A DNA stretch of 32,000 nt from the NCBI RefSeq assembly GCF_000148385.1, contig NC_014537.1, forward strand, positions 270,001 to 302,000, written 5' to 3'. Position 1 is the first letter of the stretch; the number at the start of each line of letters is the position of its first letter. The notes beneath the pieces were generated by a model that saw only the letters and a list, made by a program, of their open reading frames with translations, did no database searches and was not told the DNA's origin. Source of the DNA: Vulcanisaeta distributa DSM 14429 (GTDB lineage: Archaea > Thermoproteota > Thermoprotei > Thermoproteales > Thermocladiaceae). Shown one piece after another: positions 17,841 to 25,036 of this stretch. A program made the translations under genes and the position numbers.

Positions 17841-17903
17841 CCGTGCTTTGGGTGTGCAGAGTCGCCGTAGTTCTATATACACGGCGACTCTTCAAGTCCA
17901 AGT
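17841..17903 (+). repeat. hairpin repeat unit, copy 1 (left arm of the 51-nt inverted repeat)
   Basis: ccgtgctttgggtgtgc + AGAGTCGCCGT-agttctatatac-ACGGCGACTCT + tcaagtccaagt. It has an 11-bp perfect stem. Positions 17841-17891 are the exact reverse complement of 19288-19338. Confidence 0.9.
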
Positions 17904-18336
17904 TATGACTAAGATCTAGCATTAATGCATCCTAAGGAGTTAGTGGTCGTCGCCAGGGTGTTGTGGAGTCCCTTTTTGATAAGGGTTAGGTTGCGATTGA
18001 GGACTACGGCAAGATAAGGCTTTTCAGGGGTTTGTGAAGAGATTCGGGTATTTTGGGTTACGCCATTGCGGTATATCGATGTTACTGAGGATATTGATGG
18101 TAAGGTTTAATGCCCGTGATAAACATGACTAAGGATGGAGGATTAAAGGGAGTTAATTAAGACGTATGATGACTCCGGCATAATATTAAGAAAACTAACA
18201 TCAGATTAATGAAACCCAACGAGATATTAATGAGAAACAAAATATCCAGAGATCTAAAACTTAATCATGAGGAAGTACCACGCCTAGTGATTACCTGCTT
18301 GCTAAGTAACAATCATGCAGGTATTGAGGTAATTTT

Positions 18337-18398
18337 CGCGCATTGGATGTGAAGAGTCGCCGTAATTATATAATTACGGCGACTCTCCAGGTCCAAAA
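18337..18398 (+). repeat. hairpin repeat unit, copy 2 (internal, same orientation as copy 1)
   Basis: cgcgcattggatgtga (12/16 identical to the copy 1 arm) + the perfect 34-nt palindrome AGAGTCGCCGTAATTAT/ATAATTACGGCGACTCT (18353-18386) + ccaggtccaaaa (8/12 identical to copy 1). Confidence 0.85.
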
Positions 18399-18661
18399 TA
18401 TGGCAGTAAAGAATAAGCCTAGGAGCCTAGCTTCACATTAACTTTATCATTATAGTGAGTTGATTCATTACTGTAAATTAGTTCATGAGCGTTACCATAC
18501 CATTATCATTAGTAATGACCTTAACAAACGTAGGCAGGCTTACATATATGCCGTAAGGTGCATCAACGCGTATTAAATCCCCTAGGTAAGTAATTGAAAT
18601 TGCCATGAACTTATTGATCGGTCAGGGCGTAACGTCAGTAATGAATGGATCAGACAGGTAA

Positions 18662-18868
18662 GTGAGGGTTATGGTAATATTCAGGAAGGTTTTAATTCCT
18701 GGTTTCCCGAGACTTTCTGTGGATGAGTACTTCCTTGAATTGATTAAGAGACGTAAGATGGGTATGAGGAAGCTGGGTTACATGAGGAAGAAAGCCGTGC
18801 TTACCAGGTTGGTGTCGGTGGAGGAGTATGGCGGTGAGGGTGAGGGTAAGGCTGAGGAGCGGAAGTAG
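18662..18868 (+). CDS. hypothetical small basic protein (doubtful)
   Basis: A 68-aa GTG-initiated ORF with no motif. Its 3' end is a GGTGAG-type hexamer low-complexity tract that also encodes the N-terminus of the next gene in another frame. Confidence 0.2.
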   Translation: MRVMVIFRKVLIPGFPRLSVDEYFLELIKRRKMGMRKLGYMRKKAVLTRLVSVEEYGGEGEGKAEERK

Positions 18869-19240
18869 GGATGTCGTAACCTCGGCCGTTATTAATACGG
18901 GTTTCGAAACAGACACACCCAACATTGCAATACCCACACCACTGGCTAGGATGCTCGGTCTATGGCCACTCAGCGGTGGTGAGTTAATAAGCCTTGAGAC
19001 AGGTGGTGGAGAGACGGAGGCTTATTTAGTAAATAATGCCTTATCCCTAAGCCTGGAACTTGAGGATAGGGTCGTTGGGCCAATAATGGTTAATGCCATC
19101 ATAAACCCAATATAAGTGAAGTGCTGATCAGCGATTACGTGACGACACAGCTAGGCATTGTAATACTAAATGCCAAGGAGGGCCTATGGAGATTAATGGA
19201 CGAGAATAAAGTAAGGAAAAGTGTGGAACCCACGTATTGA
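18828..19240 (+). pseudogene. retropepsin-like aspartic protease homolog, frameshifted and with the catalytic Asp replaced (INTGF)
   Basis: The frame-0 ORF 18828-19115 (MAVRVRVRLRSGSRDVVTSAVINTGFETD...AIINPI*) continues in the -1 frame as (N)ISEVLISDYVTTQLGIVILNAKEGLWRL...* to 19240. This matches the C-terminal VLIGxxxLExLGL region of the two intact paralogs. The DTG/DSG motif reads NTG. Confidence 0.6.
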
Positions 19241-19275
19241 CTTTAACGACATAATTCTTGTTTAGGATGATTCCT

Positions 19276-19338
19276 ATTTGGATATGTAGAGTCGCCGTGT
19301 ATATAGAACTACGGCGACTCTGCACACCCAAAGCACGG
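19276..19338 (-). repeat. hairpin repeat unit, copy 3 (right arm of the 51-nt inverted repeat)
   Basis: Positions 19288-19338 are agagtcgccgtgtatatagaactacggcgactctgcacacccaaagcacgg, the exact reverse complement of 17841-17891. The inner arm atttggatatgt is 8/12 identical to the other copies when reverse-complemented. Confidence 0.9.
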
Positions 19339-19430
19339 GGATCCCTAATTGTAGTGTTTGTATCATTTATATTTAATTAGTTTATTTGGCATAGTTCTTG
19401 GCATTATTTCTATTTTTTATTAGAGTAAAG

Positions 19431-19440
19431 CTTATAAACC
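19431..19440 (+). promoter_or_regulatory. TATA-like box (CTTATAAACC) upstream of ATG 19461
   Basis: Centred about 26 nt upstream of ATG 19461, which is consistent with a leaderless transcript. Confidence 0.35.
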
Positions 19441-19460
19441 CCTGGGTTATCTTGGCTTTG

Positions 19461-20078
19461 ATGTATGTGGTTTTTGGAGTAACGAGTGGGATGTCTTCAG
19501 TGGTCTTTGAGGGCAGGTATAAGGGTCCTAATGATGTTAGGGATGTTCATGTGAGTGATGTTCCTAGGATTAACCATGTGCTCCATAGCTTCGTCATTAC
19601 TAATGACGTTAATGATTTCGTCATATGGACCTTTGACATACCTGGTTATGAGACACACATTTACTCAATGATTAAGGAGAGGGCTACATTACTCCTATGC
19701 CCAAGGATTGATAACTCCACGTACCTACTGCCTGATGCTTCATTGGTTAATGAATTAAATTCAATGCTGTACAAAGATGCTAGGTCAGCTACGTACTTCG
19801 TTAGGCCCACGGATAGGTCTTTCGTATCCAAGGTCCTTAGGGACACGGTTAGCGCCGCCAGGGCTTTGATAATGGAGAAGGTCAGTAATCTACTTAGGTC
19901 TAGGGGCCTCGCCACGATTAGGCTGATGGATGAGCTTGGTGGCATTAGTGATGACATGATTACGGCGGCTAAATTATGGGCCAGTAAGGGGTTCGCTAAT
20001 GAGGTTGATGGTGTGTACTCGATGGTCGATTACGTCAGGTCATCCCTGGAACTGAAGAGGAGTAGGTCGAGGAGGTAA
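19461..20078 (+). CDS. hypothetical protein (orphan, no recognisable motif)
   Basis: The track ORF starts at TTG 19398, but its first 21 codons are AT-rich promoter-like sequence containing a TATA-like box. ATG 19461 is preferred. Codon usage resembles neighbouring plus-strand genes. The C-terminal tail is basic (KRSRSRR). Confidence 0.55.
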   Translation: MYVVFGVTSGMSSVVFEGRYKGPNDVRDVHVSDVPRINHVLHSFVITNDVNDFVIWTFDIPGYETHIYSMIKERATLLLCPRIDNSTYLLPDASLVNELNSMLYKDARSATYFVRPTDRSFVSKVLRDTVSAARALIMEKVSNLLRSRGLATIRLMDELGGISDDMITAAKLWASKGFANEVDGVYSMVDYVRSSLELKRSRSRR

Positions 20079-20095
20079 TTTTTACCTAAAAATGA

Positions 20096-20818
20096 TTAGG
20101 GCTTCACAGTGTAATAAACCCTCTTCTTATCCTTACCCCTACTCTCGGACTTCAGGAAGACAATCTCACCAATCTCCCTGGTATTAGCCACGTGGGGCCC
20201 ACCGTCAGCCTGAATATCAATGCCCTCAATCTCCACAATCCTCCACTCATCACCAGGCGGTGGCTCCCTCTCGGCAAGCTTAACAACGCCTGGTATCTTC
20301 ATAGCCTCCTCCCTCCTCAGGAAGTAAATCTTCACGGGAATGCCCCTCCTCACGATTTCGTTGGCCTCCGCTATCAAGTCCTGGAACGCCTTCCTAAGCG
20401 CATCGCCACTTAGGGTTAGGTTGTAGTCATCCCTAGCGTACTCAGGCGTTATGTCGCCGCCAGTCACCAATGCATTATACTTCTTATAGGCCAGTGCGGC
20501 TATTATGTGCGTTGCCGTGTGAAGCCTCATTAACCTATACCTCCTCTCCCAATCAATTACCCCATGCAACGTATCGCCGACCCTAAACCTTGGTTCCCTA
20601 TCGAGTATGTGCACCGCATCCTCACCCTCCTTAATCACCTCCTTGACCACGTACTCCTCACCCTGCCAAATCAGCCTGCCCGTGTCATTGGCAACACCAC
20701 CACTCCTTGGGTGAAAGAGCGTCTGGTCAAGCCAAACCCTATTACCATCAATCCTAGTCACGGTGGCATCAAACTCCCTCCTGTACGAGTCCCACCAGTA
20801 GAGGAATTTTGTTGGCAT
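20096..20818 (-). CDS. alaX: AlaX-type alanyl-tRNA editing protein (AlaRS/ThrRS second additional domain)
   Basis: HTATHII (HxxxH zinc motif), QADGGPHVANTREIGEI (the CGGTHV-type motif with Asp in place of Cys), and N-terminal LYWWDSYRREFDATV as in AlaX-M. By homology the start is MPTKF (20818) rather than the track's 20872. Confidence 0.7.
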   Translation of the reverse strand: MPTKFLYWWDSYRREFDATVTRIDGNRVWLDQTLFHPRSGGVANDTGRLIWQGEEYVVKEVIKEGEDAVHILDREPRFRVGDTLHGVIDWERRYRLMRLHTATHIIAALAYKKYNALVTGGDITPEYARDDYNLTLSGDALRKAFQDLIAEANEIVRRGIPVKIYFLRREEAMKIPGVVKLAEREPPPGDEWRIVEIEGIDIQADGGPHVANTREIGEIVFLKSESRGKDKKRVYYTVKP

Positions 20819-20855
20819 GGGTTTCAGGGAGAAGCCTGAAATTAATGTATTGCGC

Positions 20856-22100
20856 CTATGCCGGTATTCCAAAGAATCTCCTTATTGCGTAGAGCATGAC
20901 ATCGTGCGTCCTAACCAGGTCATCCACCGTAACATACTCATTATATGCATGGGCCAGCGCCAACTCACCAGGTCCATAAACAACGGTGGGTATACCCCTA
21001 GCCCTAAGGTACCTACCATCGGTTGCGCCAGTGACTATTATCGGCCTTGGCGTTGCGCCAAGGACCCTCTCAATGCCCTCGTGAATGATCCTGACAATGA
21101 CCTCACCAGGGCTTGTGTAGTTTGGCTCGCTTGTGTCCAGGACCTCCACATCGGCGATACCGCTCAACCCACTCCTTAAGTGATTAATTACCTGGCTTGG
21201 TGAAACCCCTGGCGGGACCCTCATGTCAAGTTCAAGCTCTGCGTAGTCTGGGACCATGTTTATCTTCGAACCACCCCTAACAACGCCTGGGTTAAAGGAC
21301 ACAGTACCAACAACCCTCTCAAAATCACTGAGCGTCAGATTAAGCCCCGAGGCCCTAGCAGCCTCTAGGTAGACCTCAGCCGAGTTCCTAATGGCCTCCG
21401 TCAACTCACTGGGTAACTTAATGCCCTTGTTAAACTCATTAATCAACTCCTCAGCCCTAGCTATGGCTGCGGCCAGCTTCATTATCGCATTCTCGCCGAG
21501 GATCGGTAAACTACCGTGGGCAGGCCTACCCCTGGTAACCAACTTAACCTGGCAAAGCCCCTTCTCACCAATGTAATACCTGGAACTACCGGATGGCTCA
21601 GCAACTATCGCAGCATCACCAACCAGCACGCCATCCCTAACCAAGGCCTCAACACCAGGGTGGCCGCCCGTCTCCTCATCCGCCGTTGCCGAGAATATTA
21701 ATGTACCTGAGCCCTGCCTCTCAATAAGTGGCGCTAATTCTGTGAATACCATCATTATCACCGCTAAGCCACCCTTCATATCCGTGGCACCCCTACCATA
21801 GATCCTACCCTCAACGATCTTCCCAGAGAACGGTGGGTAGACCCACCTGGAATCATCGCCGGGAGGAACTACGTCCATGTGGCCGTTAAGTATGAGCACG
21901 GGCTTACCCCTACCAACCCTGGCAATCACGTTTGGCTTATCCTTAGCATACTCCCTAAACTCACTTTTGAAGCCACGCTCACCTAGCCAATCCCTAATAA
22001 ATCCCGCAATATTAACGGTATAGCCAGGGGGATTAACACTGGGTATTTGAATAAGGTGTGAAGTCAGTTCAATTAGCCCTGTCTTTAGATTCTGTGACAT
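20856..22100 (-). CDS. M20-family metallo-deacylase (ArgE/DapE/LysK-like)
   Basis: GHMDVVP, GRGATDMKGG and ADEETGG motifs. 414 aa. Confidence 0.8.
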   Translation of the reverse strand: MSQNLKTGLIELTSHLIQIPSVNPPGYTVNIAGFIRDWLGERGFKSEFREYAKDKPNVIARVGRGKPVLILNGHMDVVPPGDDSRWVYPPFSGKIVEGRIYGRGATDMKGGLAVIMMVFTELAPLIERQGSGTLIFSATADEETGGHPGVEALVRDGVLVGDAAIVAEPSGSSRYYIGEKGLCQVKLVTRGRPAHGSLPILGENAIMKLAAAIARAEELINEFNKGIKLPSELTEAIRNSAEVYLEAARASGLNLTLSDFERVVGTVSFNPGVVRGGSKINMVPDYAELELDMRVPPGVSPSQVINHLRSGLSGIADVEVLDTSEPNYTSPGEVIVRIIHEGIERVLGATPRPIIVTGATDGRYLRARGIPTVVYGPGELALAHAYNEYVTVDDLVRTHDVMLYAIRRFFGIPA

Positions 22101-22120
22101 ACATTCTGATAATCTAAAAA

Positions 22121-22136
22121 TACTTTATAAATATTT
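22121..22136 (-). promoter_or_regulatory. TATA-like element for the M20 deacylase gene
   Basis: tactttataaatattt is centred about 28 nt upstream of the minus-strand ATG at 22100, within a 117-nt very AT-rich divergent intergenic region. Confidence 0.3.
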
Positions 22137-22182
22137 CATCTGTCATTTTTCTACTGATTTCGAACTTAAACATGAAGAAAAA

Positions 22183-22197
22183 TTTAAAAATACTAAT
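22183..22197 (+). promoter_or_regulatory. TATA-like element for the DUF3311/symporter operon
   Basis: tttaaaaatactaat is centred about 28 nt upstream of ATG 22218. It shares the 10-mer TAAAAATACT with 22115-22124. Confidence 0.3.
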
Positions 22198-22217
22198 AAA
22201 AGTAAAAATATTTAAAT

Positions 22218-22442
22218 ATGTACTCTAGACCTAAACTAAGCAAAGAGAATTTAGTCAAAATAATATTATTAATAATAGTGCCATGGTTATTCATAGTATT
22301 TCTAGCGCCCCTCTATAATAGACCTTATCCTCAGATTGGTGGATGGCCATTCTTATGGTGGTACTTATTTGCTTGGGTTTTTATTCAACCTATCATAACA
22401 TACATAGTGTATAGGTTAATTGATAAGGGTGGTAAGTCATGA
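22218..22442 (+). CDS. small membrane protein, DUF3311-like symporter-associated subunit
   Basis: 74 aa with two hydrophobic segments and a GGWPFLWWYLFAW motif. Overlaps the following sodium:solute symporter gene by 4 nt (ATGA), which is the usual arrangement for this small-protein family. Confidence 0.55.
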   Translation: MYSRPKLSKENLVKIILLIIVPWLFIVFLAPLYNRPYPQIGGWPFLWWYLFAWVFIQPIITYIVYRLIDKGGKS

Positions 22443-23905
22443 TGTTTACAGCGATTGATTATACCATATTTTTTGTGCTGGTTGGCTTAACCATAATTGC
22501 GGGGTTCCTTGGTGCTAAATGGAGGGCTCCTGATTTCTCAAAGATTTCGGAATGGAGCATCGGCGGTATGAAGTTTGGCACAGTAATTGTTTGGTTCTTA
22601 ATGGGTGCCGATATATACACTGCGTATTCTCTAGTGGCGATACCAGGCAGTGCATACGCGCTGGGTGGTTTTATATTGTATGCCGTGGTTTACGGCTCAA
22701 TATCATACCCATTCTTATATATCGTTGCTACGAAGTTCTACAGAATAGCTAAGCGGAGGGGTTATATCACGGCTGGAGACTACGTAAGGGATAGGTTTGA
22801 TAGTAGGATTTTGTCGTTATTAATATCATTAACGGGCATAATAGCCATGTTACCCTACATAGCGCTGCAGATAGTTGGTATTAGGTACGTCCTCGATGCC
22901 ATGGGATTCCCAGTAATCCCAAGCTTTATAATAGCATATATAATAGTCGCTGCGTTCGTGGCAATAAGCGGACTTAGAGGGCCAGCTCTGAGTTCATTAA
23001 TTAAAGATGTATTGCTTTGGGCGGTTATTTTAACAATAGTTATAGCGCTAGGCATAAGGTTCACGGGGTTTGGGCCCATATTTAGCGAGATAGGACCCAG
23101 TCACTATTTAATACCAAGTAAATTAATGCTTGGGTACATAACGTTAGCATTTGCTAGTGGGATATCATGGCTATTATTTCCAAACCTACTAGTTGGGCTA
23201 CTCGGCTCTAAAAGTGAGGAAATAATCAGGAAAAACTCCATCTTCCTACCACTGTACCAGGTATGGCTAATACTACTGGCAATTATGGGCTTAGTAGCCT
23301 TAGCTAAGAACCTGGTACCCCATGGCATATCAAGTCTCGCATTCCCATCAGTAATCAGCGCTTATTTCCCATCGTACTTCGTCGCATTAGCATTTGCGGG
23401 CATAGTAATTGGCAGTATGGTACCAGCTGGGCTACAAAGTCTTGGCGCTGCTAATTTAATAGCCAGGAATATTTATGTAGACTTCATAAATAAAAGAGCT
23501 ACAGAAAAACAACAGGTACTTTGGGGTAGGGTTTCCGTTTTCATAATGATAATCGCATCATTAATATTTGCAATAACACCCGCAGCCAGCGGATTAATAT
23601 TCTACTTATTAACATTCTCCTACGCATGGTTATTACAGACACTACCTGCAATAATATTGTCGATGTATTGGTACGATCTAGATAAGTACAGTGTGGCGGC
23701 TGGTTGGGCCGTTGGTACCGTATTCGTGACCTATGGTTTAGCCACCGTGAAATTCTCATCATCATTACTGCCCTGGTTCTATAACATCTACGTAGGATTC
23801 CTAGGACTTGTACTGAACTTAGTGGTAATGTTAGTAGTGTATGCAGTGGTTAAGGCCCTTAAGGTAAAAACAACAAGTAAATTAACACCGCAAGAGTTAA
23901 TGTGA
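22439..23905 (+). CDS. sodium:solute symporter family (SSS) transporter
   Basis: 488 aa with about 13 hydrophobic segments. The N-terminal EWSIGGMKFGTVIVWFLMGADIYTAYSLVAIPG pattern is typical of SSS proteins. Confidence 0.75.
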   Translation: MMFTAIDYTIFFVLVGLTIIAGFLGAKWRAPDFSKISEWSIGGMKFGTVIVWFLMGADIYTAYSLVAIPGSAYALGGFILYAVVYGSISYPFLYIVATKFYRIAKRRGYITAGDYVRDRFDSRILSLLISLTGIIAMLPYIALQIVGIRYVLDAMGFPVIPSFIIAYIIVAAFVAISGLRGPALSSLIKDVLLWAVILTIVIALGIRFTGFGPIFSEIGPSHYLIPSKLMLGYITLAFASGISWLLFPNLLVGLLGSKSEEIIRKNSIFLPLYQVWLILLAIMGLVALAKNLVPHGISSLAFPSVISAYFPSYFVALAFAGIVIGSMVPAGLQSLGAANLIARNIYVDFINKRATEKQQVLWGRVSVFIMIIASLIFAITPAASGLIFYLLTFSYAWLLQTLPAIILSMYWYDLDKYSVAAGWAVGTVFVTYGLATVKFSSSLLPWFYNIYVGFLGLVLNLVVMLVVYAVVKALKVKTTSKLTPQELM

Positions 23906-23934
23906 GGTCGTTCATTAACAATACCTCTTAAAAA

Positions 23935-24972
23935 TTAAGTAATTTTCATTATCTCCAATAACGCATTAAGGAGCGAGTCATCAACTTCCCGTGTCTTAAT
24001 ACTAACCCTAAAGTATCCCTCAGTCAGTGGTGGTATGTTTGATAAGTCCCGTATCAGGAATCCGCGTTTGAGGAGTTCCTCGTTAAGCCATGGCTGGTGC
24101 CTTATTACGAAGTAGTGAGTTGTTGATTCGTAATAACTAATGCCAAGACTCCTTAATGAATTTAATACTCTACTTCTCTCCTCCTCAACGTACTTAATCG
24201 TTAACTCCCTGAATCCACGGGCATGCTTCATGTACCTGGATACCGCGTACTCGGCTATTGAGTTTACGGGCCACGTTGGCACCAGGTCCTCGATGTTAGC
24301 CTTCGTATACACAGCACCAACCCTAAGCCCTGGTATTGCCAGGAACTTCGTGTATGACTTAACAACAAACACATTGTCATACCTTAGCGAATCCCTAATT
24401 AATGATTCATTCGATTTTACGAAGTCCATGAATGATTCATCAACGACCAAGACACCACCGCGCCTATATAGTTCCTCAGCCAGCCCAATTAGTGATTCAC
24501 GCTTAATTAAGTAACCCATTGGTGAGTTTGGGTTGGAAAGAATAACGGCCGTATTTGAAACCACCCCATCAATTAATGAATTCACCAGGTCCCCATATCC
24601 CCAATACTCAATTAATCTAATATCGGCATTTATCAGCCTGCCTAGGCGTAGGTAATCACTGTAATTCGGTATGGGTATTAATATGCGGTGAGGCCTTAGG
24701 TACATGAGTAGTAATTGAAGGGCCTCGGTGGCTCCATTAAATACGTACGTAAACTCAGGCCTAACGCCCTCAAACCCCGCCAGCGAATCCCTTAGTTCAT
24801 CACCAAGCTCCGTCGGGTAATGCGAGTAATGACCATTAACTACACCCTCCTCAATTAGCTTAATTAGCTCCTTTGGAGTGCCCAGTGGGTTCATGTTCGA
24901 GCTCATGTCTATTAACCCGTACCTCCATCCATACCCACCGTGACCCCGGGCACCACCAATTATGTTACCCAT
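23935..24972 (-). CDS. cobD: class I/II PLP-dependent enzyme, CobD (threonine-phosphate decarboxylase) / HisC-like
   Basis: N-terminal ARGHGG...IDMSSNMNPLGTP (the HGG + xxSxNxNPLG pattern of CobD) and SYTKFLAIPGLRVG (PLP-lysine motif). 345 aa. Confidence 0.6.
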   Translation of the reverse strand: MGNIIGGARGHGGYGWRYGLIDMSSNMNPLGTPKELIKLIEEGVVNGHYSHYPTELGDELRDSLAGFEGVRPEFTYVFNGATEALQLLLMYLRPHRILIPIPNYSDYLRLGRLINADIRLIEYWGYGDLVNSLIDGVVSNTAVILSNPNSPMGYLIKRESLIGLAEELYRRGGVLVVDESFMDFVKSNESLIRDSLRYDNVFVVKSYTKFLAIPGLRVGAVYTKANIEDLVPTWPVNSIAEYAVSRYMKHARGFRELTIKYVEEERSRVLNSLRSLGISYYESTTHYFVIRHQPWLNEELLKRGFLIRDLSNIPPLTEGYFRVSIKTREVDDSLLNALLEIMKIT

Positions 24973-25036
24973 AATTCAGTTTAGATTCTGCGAGATAAGT
25001 TAAATAAATCCCCGCTATTATTGAATCCGATAATTA

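Larger units (their letters stand above)
17841..19338. mobile_element. 1.5-kb segment bounded by exact 51-nt inverted repeats (candidate non-autonomous mobile or invertible element)
   Basis: Perfect terminal inverted repeats, an internal third repeat copy, only decayed or small ORFs inside, and no transposase or integrase gene. No target-site duplication was found. Confidence 0.3.

Noticed and set aside
17535-17870. The plus-strand ORF 17535-17870 and the minus-strand ORF 19128-19331, both of which read into the inverted-repeat arms.
   Set aside because: The first is antisense to the coiled-coil gene, and the second is antisense to the protease C-terminal segment. They read the identical repeat in different frames, so the repeat is not conserved as coding sequence.
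18166-18235. A C/D-box sRNA candidate starting with ATGATGA at 18166.
   Set aside because: No CTGA D or D' boxes occur at appropriate spacing; only CAGA and ATTA are present. There is no terminal pairing.
18478-18606. A 42-aa minus-strand ORF (MAISITYLGDLIRVDAPYGIYVSLPTFVKVITNDNGMVTLMN) inside the repeat-bounded segment.
   Set aside because: It is too short, with no motif and no evident promoter. It is indistinguishable from chance in an AT-rich region and is noted only in case a homolog search finds it.
18829-18860. A GGTGAG/GGTAAG/GCTGAG hexamer periodicity.
   Set aside because: It is a short low-complexity tract. It is explained as the Val-Arg alternating beta-strand N-terminus (MAVRVRVRLRS) of the protease homolog.
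17841-19338. The possibility that the three palindromic repeats form a CRISPR array.
   Set aside because: There are only three copies, with irregular spacing (about 495 and 935 nt) and mixed orientation. The intervening sequence is far longer than spacers, and no cas genes lie in the window.
17821-19358. A target-site duplication or longer imperfect terminal repeats outside the 51-nt arms.
   Set aside because: The flanks (…ccctcagagggct | and | ggatccctaatt…) share no direct repeat at any boundary offset I tried. There is only a vague CCCT similarity, and each flank forms its own short palindrome.
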